A stretch of DNA of 64,000 nt, taken from NCBI GenBank assembly GCA_041738755.1, contig JBGSPE010000005.1:207872-271871 (forward strand), read 5' to 3'. The notes beneath the pieces are model-generated. The model saw only the letters and a program-made list of their open reading frames with translations, made no database searches and was not told the DNA's origin. Positions 1-8,945 of this stretch are shown here, in pieces. The translations under genes were made by a program, and so were the position numbers. Source of the DNA: Minisyncoccia bacterium (lineage in GTDB: Bacteria; Patescibacteriota; Minisyncoccia; Phycocordibacterales; UBA918). Each line of letters begins with the position of its first letter. Positions within the stretch are counted from its first letter, which is position 1.

Positions 1-936
1 CGACTATTACGACGAGCTGTTCGGTATGCTGATAAACTTGCCATTCCAGCAGGAAAATTTGCAGAGCTAGCCAAAAGTGTTATCGCAACCTACCAAGCCC
101 ACTATCCAAACCTCAAAGAAAAGGAAGCTGAGATTATCGCAGCTATTAGTCTTGAAGAAGAACAATTCCGTAAAACCCTTGAAAATGGACTCAAGGAATT
201 TAAAAAAGTCTCCCTACAAATCCATCTGCAATCATCGGTGGTTGATGGTAAAAAAGTAGTCGATAAGACGCAGACTCCCGTAACCAAAAAAGCCATCAGT
301 GCTCAAAATGCCTTTAATCTCTTTACAACGTTTGGTTTTCCAATTGAATTGACTGAGGAAATCGCTGCTGAGTCTGACCTGATTGTAGACCGAATTGGTT
401 TTGAAGCTTTAATGGAAGAACACAAGGAAAAATCCCGAGCTGGAGCTGAACAAAAATTTAAAGGCGGACTGGCGGATAATTCAGAAAAAGTTATTCAACT
501 ACACACCGCTACGCACCTCATGCTCGCCGGACTTCAAAAAGAACTCGGTAGCCATATTCACCAGGCCGGTTCAAACATTACCGGTGAACGACTACGCTAT
601 GACTTTACCCACGGTGAAAAAATCACTAAAGATATTCTTGATAAAGTTGAGGAGTATGTGAACAATACTATCCAAACCGGCGGACCAGTCAGTATCGAAA
701 CCATGCCAAAAGACGCAGCTCAAAAGGACCCCACCATTGAAGCCAGCTTCTGGGATCGATATCCCGACGAGGTGAAGGTTTATACGATGAAAACATACGA
801 CGGTACCGTCGTATCACGAGAACTCTGTGGTGGGCCACACGTTGAAAAACTGGAAGATGTGCAAGGCACCTTCAAAATCATAAAAGAAGAGTCATCTTCT
901 GCCGGTGTACGTCGAATCAAAGCGATTCTTGAGTAA
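1..936 (+). CDS. alaS: Alanine--tRNA ligase, 5'-partial; ends right after the editing domain (no C-Ala domain)
   Basis: Frame open from base 1 (RLLRRAVRY); TFGFPIELT, HTATHL, ELCGGPHV, GVRRIKA motifs. Confidence 0.95.
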   Translation, partial: RLLRRAVRYADKLAIPAGKFAELAKSVIATYQAHYPNLKEKEAEIIAAISLEEEQFRKTLENGLKEFKKVSLQIHLQSSVVDGKKVVDKTQTPVTKKAISAQNAFNLFTTFGFPIELTEEIAAESDLIVDRIGFEALMEEHKEKSRAGAEQKFKGGLADNSEKVIQLHTATHLMLAGLQKELGSHIHQAGSNITGERLRYDFTHGEKITKDILDKVEEYVNNTIQTGGPVSIETMPKDAAQKDPTIEASFWDRYPDEVKVYTMKTYDGTVVSRELCGGPHVEKLEDVQGTFKIIKEESSSAGVRRIKAILE

Positions 937-997
937 CTATCCCCGTAATCAAACTAATGGCGGAAGTTTGAAAACAACATAGTTGTATAATACAGCT

Positions 998-2221
998 ATG
1001 TTTTTTTCTTCTCAGCGTGAGTCCGAACGGTATGGCGTTATTGTCGACATTGGTTCAGGGAGTGTGTTGGCTGCGATTATTCATTCTGACGAGAGTAAAG
1101 CAACTCCAACTATCGTCTGGTCACACCGTGAGCACGCTCCATTGAAAACCATCGCCAGCGTTGAAGAGAGTGCCAAAGCTGTCATGACCGCACTCATGCA
1201 AGTCCTTATGTTACTTGATAGCGAAGGTCGTCGCGCGCTTAAGGAGTACAAATCAAGCGCAAAAATAGGAGAAATTCAATATTGTATTAGCGCACCGTGG
1301 GCGTACACCATTACCAAAACTATTTCCTACACCGAAGACACTGAATTCGAGATTACAAGTGAACTTTTGGAAGAGCTAGAAATGGCTGCCGAACAAAAAA
1401 CGAACGTTGAACTATCGCAAAGTGATTCGGTGAGTCAACTAGGTCTTAGTATTGTGGCCCGTACGACGATGGATTTGTCAGTCAATGGCTACCAGATAAA
1501 AGACCCGTTACATAAGAAGGCCACCACGTTGGCTTTGGCTCATGCCAGCGTCATCACACAACAGTACCTCATCAACGAAATCGATGAACTACAGTCTAAA
1601 CTGTTTCCAGAAGCTTCCAGCAAAAAGCTGTCCTATATGTTGGCACTCTATTGTATTTCGCAAGACTTTATACCAAAAATTGAAGATGTTTGTTTAGTCG
1701 ATATTACGTACGAAGCAACTGAAATAGGTATTGTTCGAGACAAAACACTTCGCTACTCAACCCACACACCATATGGAAGCTTTTCACTTGCCCGAGAAAT
1801 TGCCCACGTTACGGGCGCTCCTGTTCATGAAGCATTTGGATATTTACATGAAGAAACTGCCTTTGCGTTCATGGAGACTCTCCCAGTCAAGCACAAAGAA
1901 GAAGTGGAGCAAATATTTGAAGCATATATTGAACGTGTTACTGCACTATTCCACGAAACGGGTGATGCGCTTTCGATACCAAAACGCCTACTGGTCCATA
2001 CTTATGCCCAGTCTGAATCACTGTTTTGTGAACTTATCGAAAAGGCTGCTAAAAGAGCGGTCAAATCGAATCCAATAATAACCCTCCTTACCAGTAAGTT
2101 ACTGGCTGAGATTACGATTGCTAACAAAGATGCTTCTTGTCACTTCAATGACACCGCTATGTTGTCGTCGGCTCAGTTTTTCCACAAACGCAATCACTGC
2201 CATAGCTTTGAGTACTTATAA
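998..2221 (+). CDS. Divergent FtsA/PilM-like actin-fold (ASKHA) protein
   Basis: VDIGSGSV and LVDITYEATEI resemble the phosphate-1 and phosphate-2 loops; ATG 998 lies 6 nt after TATAAT. Confidence 0.55.
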   Translation: MFFSSQRESERYGVIVDIGSGSVLAAIIHSDESKATPTIVWSHREHAPLKTIASVEESAKAVMTALMQVLMLLDSEGRRALKEYKSSAKIGEIQYCISAPWAYTITKTISYTEDTEFEITSELLEELEMAAEQKTNVELSQSDSVSQLGLSIVARTTMDLSVNGYQIKDPLHKKATTLALAHASVITQQYLINEIDELQSKLFPEASSKKLSYMLALYCISQDFIPKIEDVCLVDITYEATEIGIVRDKTLRYSTHTPYGSFSLAREIAHVTGAPVHEAFGYLHEETAFAFMETLPVKHKEEVEQIFEAYIERVTALFHETGDALSIPKRLLVHTYAQSESLFCELIEKAAKRAVKSNPIITLLTSKLLAEITIANKDASCHFNDTAMLSSAQFFHKRNHCHSFEYL

Positions 2222-2239
2222 AAGGCTATACTATACAAT

Positions 2240-3571
2240 ATGAATCAAAAATGGAATCTCCAAGATATTCGTCCAGCTGAACCGAGACGTCAACGCACTG
2301 CGGTACCCCCGACCGAACGACCGAGCATGCAGCCGCGCAGTGAACAAGCGGTACCGGTAGAACGAGAAGAAATACCAACCATCATCATTCAAGATGGCAC
2401 CAAAAAAGAATCCAAGCGAGTTATTATCTCGATAGTATTATTTGTGGTGATTGTCGGAGGCGCACTTGGTTTGAGTGCTATGTTAGGAAAAACTGAACTA
2501 ACTATCTATCCAGAGTTCAGAGAGCCAAATATCAGCAGTGAATTCACTGCCTATCCAGACAAGCGAACAGATTCCCTCAGTTACGAAATCATGACCCTCG
2601 AAGCAACGAGCGAAAGTCAGATTGCTGCCAGCGGTGAAATCGAAGTCCAAGAAAAGGCGCAAGGAACCATTGAAATTCTCAAGACCACACCAGGAGCAGA
2701 ACGATTGATTGCCAATACCCGGTTTCGTTCACCGGATGGTCTTATTTTCCGAATCCCTGAAGCAATTGTCGTCCCTGGAGCTGTAACCGACGGTTCAGGT
2801 ACCTCCGTACCAGGCTCTATTCAAGCAACGGTGGTCGCTGATGCCGTGGGGGAACAATACAACCTAGCCGCCGGAACGCGTTTTGATGTACCAGGCTTTC
2901 AAGAAAGTGGACTGGATGATTTATACAGTGCTATTTATGCACAGAATGGAGCGGCCTTCACTGGCGGGTTTGATGGTCCACAATTTAAGATTGATGAGGC
3001 AAATTTAGCGACCGCGAGACAAGGTCTCCAAGTAGCCCTACGAGATCAGTTATTGGCTCGAATTGAAAGTGAAAAACCAACAGGCTTTGTTACCTTCGAC
3101 GGTGCAGTAACGATTACCTATAACCAACTTCCAGCAGTAGAGTACGGTAATGATTTGGTAACTATCCGCGAACAAGCAGTACTGCAAATTCCGCTCTTCA
3201 ATGCCAGTGAATTTGGTAGTTTCTTGGCTAAAGAGGCAGTCGCTACCTATAGCGGTGGTCCCGTTCGTGTTGATGACATCAAGGCTCTCACCTTCGCCTA
3301 CACCTCAGCCTCTACCAGCTTCAGCGTTATCGCCAATGAACCGTCCCTCACATTCCGATTAACTGGAAAGCCACTCCTGATTTGGGAATATGACGCAGAA
3401 AAACTCCGGGGTGACTTGGCTGGACTACCAAAAACTGCTATCAATAATGCTATTACGGGATACCCAGGAATTGAAGGGGCAAAAGTCAGTGTGACACCGT
3501 TTTGGAAGCGAAGTTTCCCAAGCAATCCTGAAGATATCCGTATTATCGAGGAATTGAAAGCAGTTGAATAA
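2240..3571 (+). CDS. Single-pass membrane protein with a baseplate J/gp47-like extracellular region
   Basis: One TM helix near aa 62-83, then a beta-rich region with GEQYNL and FTGGF segments; family call from recall. Confidence 0.5.
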   Translation: MNQKWNLQDIRPAEPRRQRTAVPPTERPSMQPRSEQAVPVEREEIPTIIIQDGTKKESKRVIISIVLFVVIVGGALGLSAMLGKTELTIYPEFREPNISSEFTAYPDKRTDSLSYEIMTLEATSESQIAASGEIEVQEKAQGTIEILKTTPGAERLIANTRFRSPDGLIFRIPEAIVVPGAVTDGSGTSVPGSIQATVVADAVGEQYNLAAGTRFDVPGFQESGLDDLYSAIYAQNGAAFTGGFDGPQFKIDEANLATARQGLQVALRDQLLARIESEKPTGFVTFDGAVTITYNQLPAVEYGNDLVTIREQAVLQIPLFNASEFGSFLAKEAVATYSGGPVRVDDIKALTFAYTSASTSFSVIANEPSLTFRLTGKPLLIWEYDAEKLRGDLAGLPKTAINNAITGYPGIEGAKVSVTPFWKRSFPSNPEDIRIIEELKAVE

Positions 3572-3642
3572 CTATTATCAACAGTTTTACCGCCACTTTA
3601 GTTGACGGTGTCTTATATATTTGATAGACTCAGCCTCGTTTA

Positions 3643-3870
3643 ATGGATCAAGAGATTACAGCAGTTAAGGACGACCTTGTATATGGGATTGTGGAGGAAG
3701 CTCTACCCAATGCGCTTTTTCGTGTCAAAGTTGAGGGAGCAGATTCACTTCTGCTTGCGTACCTCTCGGGCCGAATGCGTAAGTTTCGTATTAGAGTTCT
3801 CGTAGGCGACAAAGTTGGTATGGTCACTGATCCGTACGGAGGGAAAGCCAGAATCACAAAGCGTATATAA
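3643..3870 (+). CDS. infA: Translation initiation factor IF-1
   Basis: EALPNALFRV, LSGRMR, IRVLVGDKV. Confidence 0.97.
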   Translation: MDQEITAVKDDLVYGIVEEALPNALFRVKVEGADSLLLAYLSGRMRKFRIRVLVGDKVGMVTDPYGGKARITKRI

Positions 3871-3879
3871 CCATTATTT

Positions 3880-3996
3880 ATGAAAGTTCGATCATCAGTC
3901 AAAAAAATGAGTCCCGATGACAAAATCGTCAAACGACGTGGAGTTGTTTTCGTTATTAACAAAAAGAAGCCTCGACATAAGCAACGACAAGGATAA
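3880..3996 (+). CDS. rpmJ: 50S ribosomal protein L36, Cys-free form (not in ORF track)
   Basis: Hand translation [38 protein letters not shown]; lies between infA and rpsM. Confidence 0.95.
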   Translation: MKVRSSVKKMSPDDKIVKRRGVVFVINKKKPRHKQRQG

Positions 3997-3998
3997 GT

Positions 3999-4376
3999 AT
4001 GAGAATTTCAGGTATCAATATTCCAGATGGTAAGCAACTTGCCTACGCACTGACTGCAGTATACGGAGTAGGACTTTCACGGTCTAAGAGTATTCTTGAC
4101 GAACTCTCTATCGCTCACACTAAGAAGCCGACTGATCTTACCACCGAAGAAGAGAACGCAATCCGTGAAAAGGTTGAAGCATTCCGAATCGAAGGAGAAC
4201 TTAAGCGAGAAGTTGCTGCCAATGTAAAGCGACTCAAGGACATTAGCTCATACCGTGGCTCACGTCACGCGAAGCGCCTTCCAGCTCGTGGACAACGAAC
4301 CAAAACAAATTCACGTACCTTAAAGGGTGCTAAGAAGACTATGGGTAGTGGACGACGTAAGTTAGAAAAGACTTAA
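3999..4376 (+). CDS. rpsM: 30S ribosomal protein S13
   Basis: RISGINIP, SYRGSRH, RGQRTKTNSRT. Confidence 0.98.
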   Translation: MRISGINIPDGKQLAYALTAVYGVGLSRSKSILDELSIAHTKKPTDLTTEEENAIREKVEAFRIEGELKREVAANVKRLKDISSYRGSRHAKRLPARGQRTKTNSRTLKGAKKTMGSGRRKLEKT

Positions 4377-4408
4377 AATTATTACTAATCATTGTATCGT
4401 AACGACAT

Positions 4409-4840
4409 ATGGGTAAGAAACGTATCATGAAGAAAAGTGGAGGGTCTGATGTGGCTGGAACGTCACGGGCTCTTAACCGTATCCCTAAGCGAAAGCTAGC
4501 GAGCGGAAAGCTAAACATCTTAGCGACTTTTAATAACACTTTGGTCACCCTCTGTGATCCAAAAGGAAACACTGTAATGGCCGCATCAAGTGGAGCATTA
4601 GGGTTTAAAGGTTCACGAAAAAGTACACCATTTGCTGCGGCAAAAGTCGGTGAAATTATCGGTGAAAAGGCTCAACAAATGGGTATGAAGGAAGCTGAAG
4701 TTGTAGTCCGAGGAGTAGGTGCTGGACGAGAGTCTGCCCTCCGAGCCTTTTCTGGGAAGGGAATTGGTATTACCAAAATCACCGACATGACACCGGTACC
4801 ATTTAATGGTCCACGGGCACCTAAGCCACGTCGAGTATAG
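4409..4840 (+). CDS. rpsK: 30S ribosomal protein S11
   Basis: ATFNNT, GFKGSRKSTPFAA, PVPFNG. Confidence 0.98.
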   Translation: MGKKRIMKKSGGSDVAGTSRALNRIPKRKLASGKLNILATFNNTLVTLCDPKGNTVMAASSGALGFKGSRKSTPFAAAKVGEIIGEKAQQMGMKEAEVVVRGVGAGRESALRAFSGKGIGITKITDMTPVPFNGPRAPKPRRV

Positions 4841-4850
4841 TAATTAGCGT

Positions 4851-5465
4851 ATGATAATCGGTCCAAAATTTAAAATTGCCAAGCGTCTTGGCGCCCCAAT
4901 CTTCGAAAAGACCCAAACTGCAAAGTTTGAGCTCTCTGTTGCACGTTCAGCCAACAAGCGAACTAACCGTCGTCCTGGTCAAGCGAGTGACTACAAGCGT
5001 CAGCTCATCGAAAAGCAAAAGATGCGGTTTACGTACGGTATTACCGAAAAGCAACTCCGACGCTACGTTGATGAATCAATTGCCAAGAAAGGTCACCAAC
5101 CAATCGCCCTTTTGATGGATCGACTTGAAACTCGACTTGATAACGTTGTGTACCGAATGGGTATCGCTAAAACCCGTCGTCTCGCTCGACAAATTGTTTC
5201 TCATGGTCACATCATTGTGAATGGGAAGCGATTGAACGTCCCTTCACACAAAGTTCGCGTAGGAGACGTTATTTCTATCCGTGAGGGTAGCAAGTCAAGT
5301 GCTCTCTTTGTCGGACTTAAAGAAACACATGAAGCTGTTGCGCTTCCAAACTGGGTTACTTTTGACCCAAAGAAACTAGAAGGGAAGGTAGCAGGAGCCC
5401 CGATTTATAACCCGTCTGAGACGCTCTTTGATCCAGAGCAGGTAATGGAATACTACAGTCGATAG
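4851..5465 (+). CDS. rpsD: 30S ribosomal protein S4
   Basis: QLIEKQK, LETRLDNVVYR, ARQIVSHGHI. Confidence 0.98.
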   Translation: MIIGPKFKIAKRLGAPIFEKTQTAKFELSVARSANKRTNRRPGQASDYKRQLIEKQKMRFTYGITEKQLRRYVDESIAKKGHQPIALLMDRLETRLDNVVYRMGIAKTRRLARQIVSHGHIIVNGKRLNVPSHKVRVGDVISIREGSKSSALFVGLKETHEAVALPNWVTFDPKKLEGKVAGAPIYNPSETLFDPEQVMEYYSR

Positions 5466-5502
5466 GAAGAGATTTATTAATTAACTACGTTCAAAAATAA
5501 GT

Positions 5503-6468
5503 ATGTTAGAAACAAATGTAACTCTACCCTCAAAGCCTCGAGTAGTACATGAAGAAGAAAACCGAGGAACCTTTGAAATCGACGGTCTTTTTCCAGGCTA
5601 CGGGCACACCCTTGGTAACTCACTCCGACGAATCATCCTTTCATCTCTTCCAGGAGCTGCTATCACCCAAGTCAAAATTGATGGTGTAGAGCACGAATTC
5701 TCAGCCATGGACGGTGTTAAAGAAGACGTTATTGTCATTCTTTTAAACCTAAGACGAGTACGGCTTGCACTTCATAGCGACGAACCAGTGACTGTCTCAA
5801 TCAAGAAGAGTGGTATTGGTGTGATTACAGCTGCAGATATCACAGCGCCGAGTCAAGTTGAAATCCTCAACCCAGACCAAATCATTGCTGAAATCACAAA
5901 CAAGAACACAAAGTTCGACATGGAGATGACTATTGAGAAAGGTCTTGGATATGTCCCACGTGAAGTACACCAAAAAGACAAGATGAGTATCGGTGCGATT
6001 GCTATGGATGCAGTGTTCACTCCAATCCGACGTGCCAACTACGAAGTTGAGAACATGCGTGTTGGTGACCGAACTGACTACAACCGACTTCGCATCACCA
6101 TCGAAACTGATGGTACCTACTCAGCCCGTGAAGCGCTTGAGAAATCAATCGAAATCATGATTCACCAATTGAAGTCAATCATTGGCTTCCAGGATGAACA
6201 GCATCACAATGCAGCCGTTCCAGCAGCAGAGTCAGCTGAAGCGCCAAAGACCGAAGAACCTAACCAAGAAGTCCTTAAAACTCGTATCGAAACACTTGAT
6301 CTTACCAGCCGAACTCTCCAAGCTTTGGAGGCTGCATCTATCCGAACTATCGGAGGGCTTGTGCGAAAGAAAAAAGATGATATTCTAGCGCTCGACGGCA
6401 TTGGACCAAAAGGGCTTGAAGAAATCGTTGAGATGCTCGCCCGAATTAACCTCCGCCTTGAAGAATAA
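5503..6468 (+). CDS. rpoA: RNA polymerase alpha subunit
   Basis: GYGHTLGNSLRRILLSSLPG-like motif, VEHEFS, C-terminal HhH domain. Confidence 0.98.
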   Translation: MLETNVTLPSKPRVVHEEENRGTFEIDGLFPGYGHTLGNSLRRIILSSLPGAAITQVKIDGVEHEFSAMDGVKEDVIVILLNLRRVRLALHSDEPVTVSIKKSGIGVITAADITAPSQVEILNPDQIIAEITNKNTKFDMEMTIEKGLGYVPREVHQKDKMSIGAIAMDAVFTPIRRANYEVENMRVGDRTDYNRLRITIETDGTYSAREALEKSIEIMIHQLKSIIGFQDEQHHNAAVPAAESAEAPKTEEPNQEVLKTRIETLDLTSRTLQALEAASIRTIGGLVRKKKDDILALDGIGPKGLEEIVEMLARINLRLEE

Positions 6469-6473
6469 TCTGT

Positions 6474-6830
6474 ATGAGACACGCAAACAAAAACCGAACC
6501 CTCAGTCGACCCCGAAGTCAACGCACTGCTTTGATCCGCGGTTTGGCTGTGTCTCTCATCCGAGATGGACAAATCAAGACAACCTTTGCTAAGGCAAAAG
6601 AACTCCAACCACGAATCGAGCGTCTCGTTACTCACGCTAAGGCTGATACTGTAGCTGCACGACGGCTCGTAGCATCACGTCTTGGTGAACCAAAAGATAA
6701 CACGATCACTAAGCTTTTTACGGATATCGCACCACGATTCAAAGAACGAAATGGTGGCTACACCCGAGTCGTAAAGCTTGGTAACACCTCTCCTGGTCGA
6801 GAAGAGGCGATTATTGCTTTTGTTGAATAG
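6474..6830 (+). CDS. rplQ: 50S ribosomal protein L17
   Basis: MRH start, IKTTFAKAKE, RNGGYTRVVK. Confidence 0.98.
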   Translation: MRHANKNRTLSRPRSQRTALIRGLAVSLIRDGQIKTTFAKAKELQPRIERLVTHAKADTVAARRLVASRLGEPKDNTITKLFTDIAPRFKERNGGYTRVVKLGNTSPGREEAIIAFVE

Positions 6831-6838
6831 ATTTGTAT

Positions 6839-7204
6839 ATGAAAAAAGTAAACACCATCACCTCAACCTACACAATCGATGCCGCTGGCAAGCGTCTTGG
6901 TACTATTGCAACTGAAGCCGCATCAGTCTTGATTGGTAAGAACGACCCAAACTTTGCTCGTCACATCATGAGCGAAGTTCGAGTAGAAATTAAAAACGCC
7001 AGCAAGATGGACATCCCAGAAAAGAAGAAGTCTGAGATTTACCAAAGCTACTCAGGTTGGCCAGGAGGTCGGAAGACCGAAACGCTTATCCACCTCGCAG
7101 AACGAATTAGCTACGGGGAAGTAATGCAACGAACCATCGCTGGAATGCTTCCAAACAACAAGCACAAGAAGCGTCTCCTGCACAACTTATCAATCAGCGA
7201 ATAA
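6839..7204 (+). CDS. rplM: 50S ribosomal protein L13
   Basis: IDAAGKRLG, YSGWPGG, GMLP; precedes rpsI. Confidence 0.95.
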   Translation: MKKVNTITSTYTIDAAGKRLGTIATEAASVLIGKNDPNFARHIMSEVRVEIKNASKMDIPEKKKSEIYQSYSGWPGGRKTETLIHLAERISYGEVMQRTIAGMLPNNKHKKRLLHNLSISE

Positions 7205-7208
7205 TCGT

Positions 7209-7619
7209 ATGTCAGCTACTAAAAAATCAGTATACGTAGAAGGAATCGGTCGTCGTAAAACTGCGACAGCTCGAGTTCGTCTTACCCCAGCAAGCGAAAC
7301 AACGATTCTCGTCAACGACAAGAAGCTCACGGACTACTTTGGTAACCTTGGTCACCAAAAGGACGTGCAGTCAGTGCTTGATACCAAAGATGCAGGAATC
7401 GAAGACTACAGCATCACGGCTCATGTTTCAGGCGGTGGTATCTCATCACAAGCTGAAGCAATCCGACTTGGTATCGCTCGAGCCCTCGTGAAGGAAAAGG
7501 CAACTCGCCGAAGCCCACTGAAGGCCGGAGGATTCCTTATGCGAGATCCGCGTTCAGTAGAACGAAAGAAGTTTGGACTTAGGAAAGCTCGAAAGCGCCC
7601 AGCCTGGAGTAAGCGCTAA
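7209..7619 (+). CDS. rpsI: 30S ribosomal protein S9
   Basis: GRRKTATARV, GGGISSQA, ERKKFG, WSKR. Confidence 0.98.
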   Translation: MSATKKSVYVEGIGRRKTATARVRLTPASETTILVNDKKLTDYFGNLGHQKDVQSVLDTKDAGIEDYSITAHVSGGGISSQAEAIRLGIARALVKEKATRRSPLKAGGFLMRDPRSVERKKFGLRKARKRPAWSKR

Positions 7620-7730
7620 ATACAGGCACATTACTTCGTTGGCCTACGAAAAAAGACCCTTGCTGGACACCACGTCCCACTCGGGTCTTTTTTCTTGTCC
7701 GCCTCGTACTGCACTCTGTATTTAGCGCTT
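7611..7730. repeat. Long inverted-repeat element enclosing the rpsI terminator
   Basis: AAGCGCTAAATACAG (7611-7625) / CTGTATTTAGCGCTT (7716-7730); inner AAAAAAGACCC...GGGTCTTTTTT stem. Confidence 0.75.
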
Positions 7731-7753
7731 CCTAAACACTATTATTTTCAACG

Positions 7754-8053
7754 TTAGTTAGTATCTAAAAGCTTATATAATCTTTTCTTTAACTTTTCAG
7801 GCATAGATCCTGGAGCTTTATTTTGATTTTCATATCTTTTAAGTATTTGAATTTCATCATCTTTTTTACCTTCTTTGTTATATATAATTGCGAGCTGCTC
7901 ATAATACCAAGGAGCAACACCCCAGCCTTCCCGCTCATCTTCCATTTCAGTAGCTTCCACGCATTTTAATAAAATCTCAATCGCTTCAGTGTACTTACCA
8001 TCCTTTTTTAGTTTTTTGATTGTTTCTACGTATTTTACATAATCCATGTACAT
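7754..8053 (-). CDS. Small TPR-like hypothetical protein, AT-rich
   Basis: Helical pattern YTEAIEIL...YYEQLAIIY...EIQIL; the only likely minus-strand gene in the ORF track over the first 41 kb. Confidence 0.55.
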   Translation of the reverse strand: MYMDYVKYVETIKKLKKDGKYTEAIEILLKCVEATEMEDEREGWGVAPWYYEQLAIIYNKEGKKDDEIQILKRYENQNKAPGSMPEKLKKRLYKLLDTN

Positions 8054-8328
8054 TAATTATACTCGATACTTTTAAAAGTTAATCATTGGTTACCTAAAGA
8101 AAATTAAAAACCTAAACGCCCGGCAGAGCCAAACATTTTTGGTAGTCCTTGTAGTGTACACAGGGTGAACCCTGATGCGATACGAAGAGGGTAATCCCAA
8201 CCATCGATGCAAGTGACTGAAATGCACAACTACAACGTAGAGGTTTTCATCGTGCCTATTTATTATATGCCTCTCCAATTTGTCGCAAACTTTACAGTAC
8301 CTCTTTTTAGATTTATAATACTACTTGT

Positions 8329-8922
8329 ATGGTGAATGAAATAAATGATTTTGAAGATATTGACCTTGATGTCACCAACGAAGACAACCCTGAAGACCTT
8401 GAATTATTAGATGAAGAGCAAAGCGGAGCTGATAAAATTAAAGCCCTCCGCAAAAAACTAAGCGTCTGCGAATCAGAGAAAAAATCGATTCAAGATGACG
8501 CCCAACGAAGCAAAGCGGACTTCCTCAATGCCCGAAAAAGACTCGAGGAAGAACGTATTACTGACCGATTACGAGCCAAGAAGCAACACATCGAAGAGCT
8601 TTTACCCTTATGTGACAGTTTCGAGATGGCAATGAGTAATAAAGAAGCCTGGGAGAAGGCAGATGCAGCCTGGAGAAACGGCATAGAAGGCATTTTCAGC
8701 CAATTAAAGACCTTATTGGAAGGATATGGCGTTTCCATCCATTATCCACTTCACGAGGCCTTTAACCCTCACCAGCACGAAGCACTTGGTACTGAAGTAG
8801 TCACTGATAAGAAGAATCACGACAAAGTGATGAAGGTGATCCAAAGTGGCTATACGATTACCCAAGGAGGCAAGACCGAAACCATCAGACCAGCCCGCGT
8901 AATCATTGGAACGACTGAATAA
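8329..8922 (+). CDS. grpE: Nucleotide exchange factor GrpE
   Basis: ADFLNARKR, FNPHQHEAL, IRPARV; upstream of dnaK. Confidence 0.96.
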   Translation: MVNEINDFEDIDLDVTNEDNPEDLELLDEEQSGADKIKALRKKLSVCESEKKSIQDDAQRSKADFLNARKRLEEERITDRLRAKKQHIEELLPLCDSFEMAMSNKEAWEKADAAWRNGIEGIFSQLKTLLEGYGVSIHYPLHEAFNPHQHEALGTEVVTDKKNHDKVMKVIQSGYTITQGGKTETIRPARVIIGTTE

Positions 8923-8945
8923 TTATTATTTAAACAACTACTAGT

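Noticed and set aside
8090-8278. 62-aa minus-strand ORF
   Set aside because: TTG start lies upstream of the apparent -10 box; no protein-like features
8281-8945. CIRCE operator for grpE-dnaK
   Set aside because: No TTAGCACTC-N9-GAGTGCTAA repeat seen; only a sigma70-like TTTACA-17-TATAAT
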